Positions 61,910-64,000 of a DNA stretch of 64,000 bases are shown piece after piece. How positions within the stretch are numbered: position 1 is the stretch's first letter; every line of letters starts with the position of its first letter. The stretch comes from Mycoplasmatota bacterium. Lineage in GTDB: Bacteria; Bacillota_I; Bacilli_A; Haloplasmatales; Haloplasmataceae. The notes under the pieces are model-generated. The model did not search any database. It was not told the origin of the DNA and worked only from the letters and a program-made list of their open reading frames with translations. A program made the position numbers and the translations under genes. The stretch is taken from positions 2,651,684 through 2,715,683 of the forward strand of contig CP074573.1 in the NCBI GenBank assembly GCA_018394295.1, written 5' to 3'.

Positions 61910-62797
61910 TTAGTTTCTATAAGCACTCTCATGCATAAATACACATTCAAATTTTTTCTTATTCAATTTATCAACTAACATATCACATTTACATAAAAAT
62001 AGATAATATATATTTTTACCACAACCAAACAAAGTTTCAAAATTACCCTGACCCTTTGAAATAATTAAATCTGAATTTTCTATAATAGAATTACATTCCT
62101 GACTAACACAATTAATATCTGTACCAGGAATACCCGTCCCATTATCAACAATCATTCCATATTTATCAAGCCCTACATAATAAGCATCTTCTTTTGTTAC
62201 ATCATTATACACAGGTCTACCTCTTGTAATAATACTTATAGTAATATTAGGATATTGTTTCTTAATTTCCCTTATTAATACCTTATCTAATACTACTTCT
62301 CCTGCATTATCCAATAGATAACATAAATGAGTAGCCTTATTCAACTCATTTTTAAACTTCATATATACTTCATTATCTATTTGATGTTTTAAAGATTTTT
62401 CAATACTTTCCATTACCATACATTCATTAACATCTTCTAAAGCACCAAAATCAATAATATTACCTGCCATCGCATATTTTATGCTTTCTAATAAACCATC
62501 TTCACAATCATCTAATTTTCCATAAATACTTGCTTCCAATTTAAGAATTAAATCATTAAAATATTTTTTCTCTTCTACATATATATTAGTATCTATTCCA
62601 TACTCTTCTTCAAGTATATCAAATAATTTTTCATTAATCGTCGGAGAACTTGATTTTCCATCTTCTTCACTGATAATTCTTAAAGACCTTTTTATAAATT
62701 CAAATTTTTTCTCTTCATCTTTAAAATAATAATTAGCCAGTTCAACGACCTTTTTTACCATACATGGTATACATTCAATACTTAAACGCAATTGCAT
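61910..62797 (-). CDS. DUF89 / ARMT1-like damage-control phosphatase family protein
   Basis: N-terminal CxxC (ECIPCM), 295 aa, and conserved acidic metal-site region (LLDNAGE...D). Confidence 0.55.
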   Translation of the reverse strand: MQLRLSIECIPCMVKKVVELANYYFKDEEKKFEFIKRSLRIISEEDGKSSSPTINEKLFDILEEEYGIDTNIYVEEKKYFNDLILKLEASIYGKLDDCEDGLLESIKYAMAGNIIDFGALEDVNECMVMESIEKSLKHQIDNEVYMKFKNELNKATHLCYLLDNAGEVVLDKVLIREIKKQYPNITISIITRGRPVYNDVTKEDAYYVGLDKYGMIVDNGTGIPGTDINCVSQECNSIIENSDLIISKGQGNFETLFGCGKNIYYLFLCKCDMLVDKLNKKKFECVFMHESAYRN

Positions 62798-62897
62798 CTC
62801 CTCTTTCTTTATAAAAATATTTCTTTGCTGTAGTAGACTTCTTTCATAATTAAATCTTAATAACTAGTCAATCTTATGTTAATTTGCTTTAACTACT

Positions 62898-62935
62898 TAT
62901 TTAAATACTTATTAATTAATTAATAAGTACTTAAA
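62898..62935. promoter_or_regulatory. 38-bp AT-rich near-perfect palindrome (core TACTTATTAATTAATTAATAAGTA), candidate operator
   Basis: 24-bp perfect inverted repeat with extended arms, located in the 445-bp intergenic region upstream of the DUF89 gene. Confidence 0.3.
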
Positions 62936-63243
62936 TGCGAGATGGCTACATATCTTGTTAGTTTAGTGGTCTAGACAAACCTGCACTTACTTAATTTTAA
63001 CACAAATAAATTAGTAAACACAATAAAGGTCTTACTCTTACTCTAATTATGATAGAATATTATCAGTTTGTCTAAATATAAATTTGATTTTGGTATGAGA
63101 TTTTTTTTATGTTTTCTCTAACATTATCTAAACAACATGCAAAAAAACCATAAAATCACTAGAGGATCAAATGGTTTTGTTTTATTTATATAATTTACAA
63201 GCGTATAATATTATCTCTTATTATTTAATTTTTAAAGAAGCTT

Positions 63244-63936
63244 TTATCTTAAAGTTATTTTTTTCTCAATATTTCCTTGATTTAGAAATACAATTTGATC
63301 TGCCAACACATTTGCATCTACTCTATCATGCGTAACAAATATAGATGTAATATTTGCTTCTTTTAATATTAATCTTAATTCATTTCTTATCTTCTGTTTT
63401 AAGTTTGTATCTAAATTACTAAACGGCTCGTCTAGTAGTAACAGTGCTGGATTGGGTGCTAATGCTCTAGCTAGAGCAATCCTTTGCTGTTGTCCACCAC
63501 TTAGTTCATAAGGATAACGTTTTTTAATTTCTGGTAGATTGACGAGTTTTAGAAGTTCATTCACTCTTTCTATTTTATCTTTCTTATTCTTTCCTTTTAA
63601 TCCATACATAATGTTTTTTTCTACTGTCATATGAGGAAATAATGCATAATCTTGAAACACAAAACCTATTCCTCTTTTTTCTGGTTCAATAAATTTTTCA
63701 TTATCAAATACAATCTGATCATGAATTTTTATTTCACCACTACTTGGTATTTCTAAACCTGAAATAAGCCGTAATAAAGTACTTTTACCACTTCCACTTT
63801 GTCCTAATATCGCAACAATTTTTCCTTCTTTAATTTCTAAATCGAAATCCTTTATCACATGAGTATTTGTTGATTCATATGTGAAATTTAGTTTCTTAAT
63901 ATTAATAATCAACTCTTTTCCCGACCTTTCCCACAA
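63244..63936 (-). CDS. ABC transporter ATP-binding protein (importer type)
   Basis: GQSGSGKST Walker A, LSGGQQQRIALARAL signature, LLLDEPFSNLD Walker B, VTHD. Confidence 0.85.
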   Translation of the reverse strand: MWERSGKELIINIKKLNFTYESTNTHVIKDFDLEIKEGKIVAILGQSGSGKSTLLRLISGLEIPSSGEIKIHDQIVFDNEKFIEPEKRGIGFVFQDYALFPHMTVEKNIMYGLKGKNKKDKIERVNELLKLVNLPEIKKRYPYELSGGQQQRIALARALAPNPALLLLDEPFSNLDTNLKQKIRNELRLILKEANITSIFVTHDRVDANVLADQIVFLNQGNIEKKITLR

Positions 63937-64000
63937 TTTTATTCAGAATATAGATAGATAATACACTTATCATAATAATCATCAAAGCAGGAATTGCAGC
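63933..64000 (-). CDS. ABC transporter permease, C-terminal end (partial, continues beyond the window)
   Basis: Reverse-strand translation ...AAIPALMIIMISVLSIYILNKIVGKV is hydrophobic. Overlaps the ATPase gene start by 4 nt. Confidence 0.45.

Noticed and set aside
1-64000. CRISPR arrays / cas genes
   Set aside because: No regularly spaced direct repeats and no Cas-like proteins anywhere in the window.

Overview
Low-GC (~27-28% GC) Firmicutes-like (Clostridia-type) sequence. The window is dense in minus-strand genes and has a heavy accessory and mobile-element load.

Core and near-core content:
- hcp (hybrid cluster protein / hydroxylamine reductase) with an upstream Crp/Fnr (HcpR-like) regulator and a perfect GTAAC-N4-GTTAC operator.
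- A BceRS-BceAB-like peptide-antibiotic sensing and detoxification module with an adjacent family-3 acyltransferase.
- A second HK/RR pair next to a membrane-anchored beta-lactamase-family serine hydrolase.
- Many detox and resistance-type genes: 4 GNATs, an APH/CotS-like phosphotransferase, two beta-lactamase-family hydrolases plus fragments, an MBL-fold alkylsulfatase, 4 TetR regulators and an ArsR + CGGC pair.
- rlmD, a DUF89 protein and an ABC importer ATPase at the 3' end.

Mobile DNA:
- Three copies of an IS6/IS26-like element. Its IRs are GGTAGTGTAAAAG / GGTAGTGTCAAA, it makes 8-bp TSDs, and its transposase has an N-terminal Zn-finger.
- One copy is split by a nested IS21-family element (istA frameshifted, istB intact).
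- One copy carries a nonsense codon and one is 3'-truncated.
- Also present: a decayed IS3-family element and an istB remnant.

Other structural observations:
- The region between the two inverted IS6-like copies (about 18.3-29.6 kb) is a decaying junkyard. It holds a degenerate segmental duplication, an EAL pseudogene and hydrolase fragments.
- A ~1.3-kb GC-rich (~48%) foreign island carries a TetR gene and a frameshifted CrtI-like oxidoreductase.

Most interesting candidate for a new system: a tightly coupled 4-gene cluster immediately upstream of hcp, behind an HcpR-type half-site. It comprises a DUF1858-like domain fused to a cytoplasmic SBP-like domain, a UreG/HypB-like G3E metallochaperone GTPase, an orphan ABC-type ATPase and a Cys-rich Zn-ribbon protein. 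I interpret it as a putative hybrid-cluster (Hcp) metallocentre assembly or repair apparatus (inference).

Also noted: a 5-copy dispersed 35-bp palindromic repeat, direct repeats flanking the alkylsulfatase gene, a shared operator upstream of the Bce-like ABC operon and the acyltransferase, and a striking regularity in which all three IS6-like left ends sit 22-23 nt upstream of outward-facing start codons.
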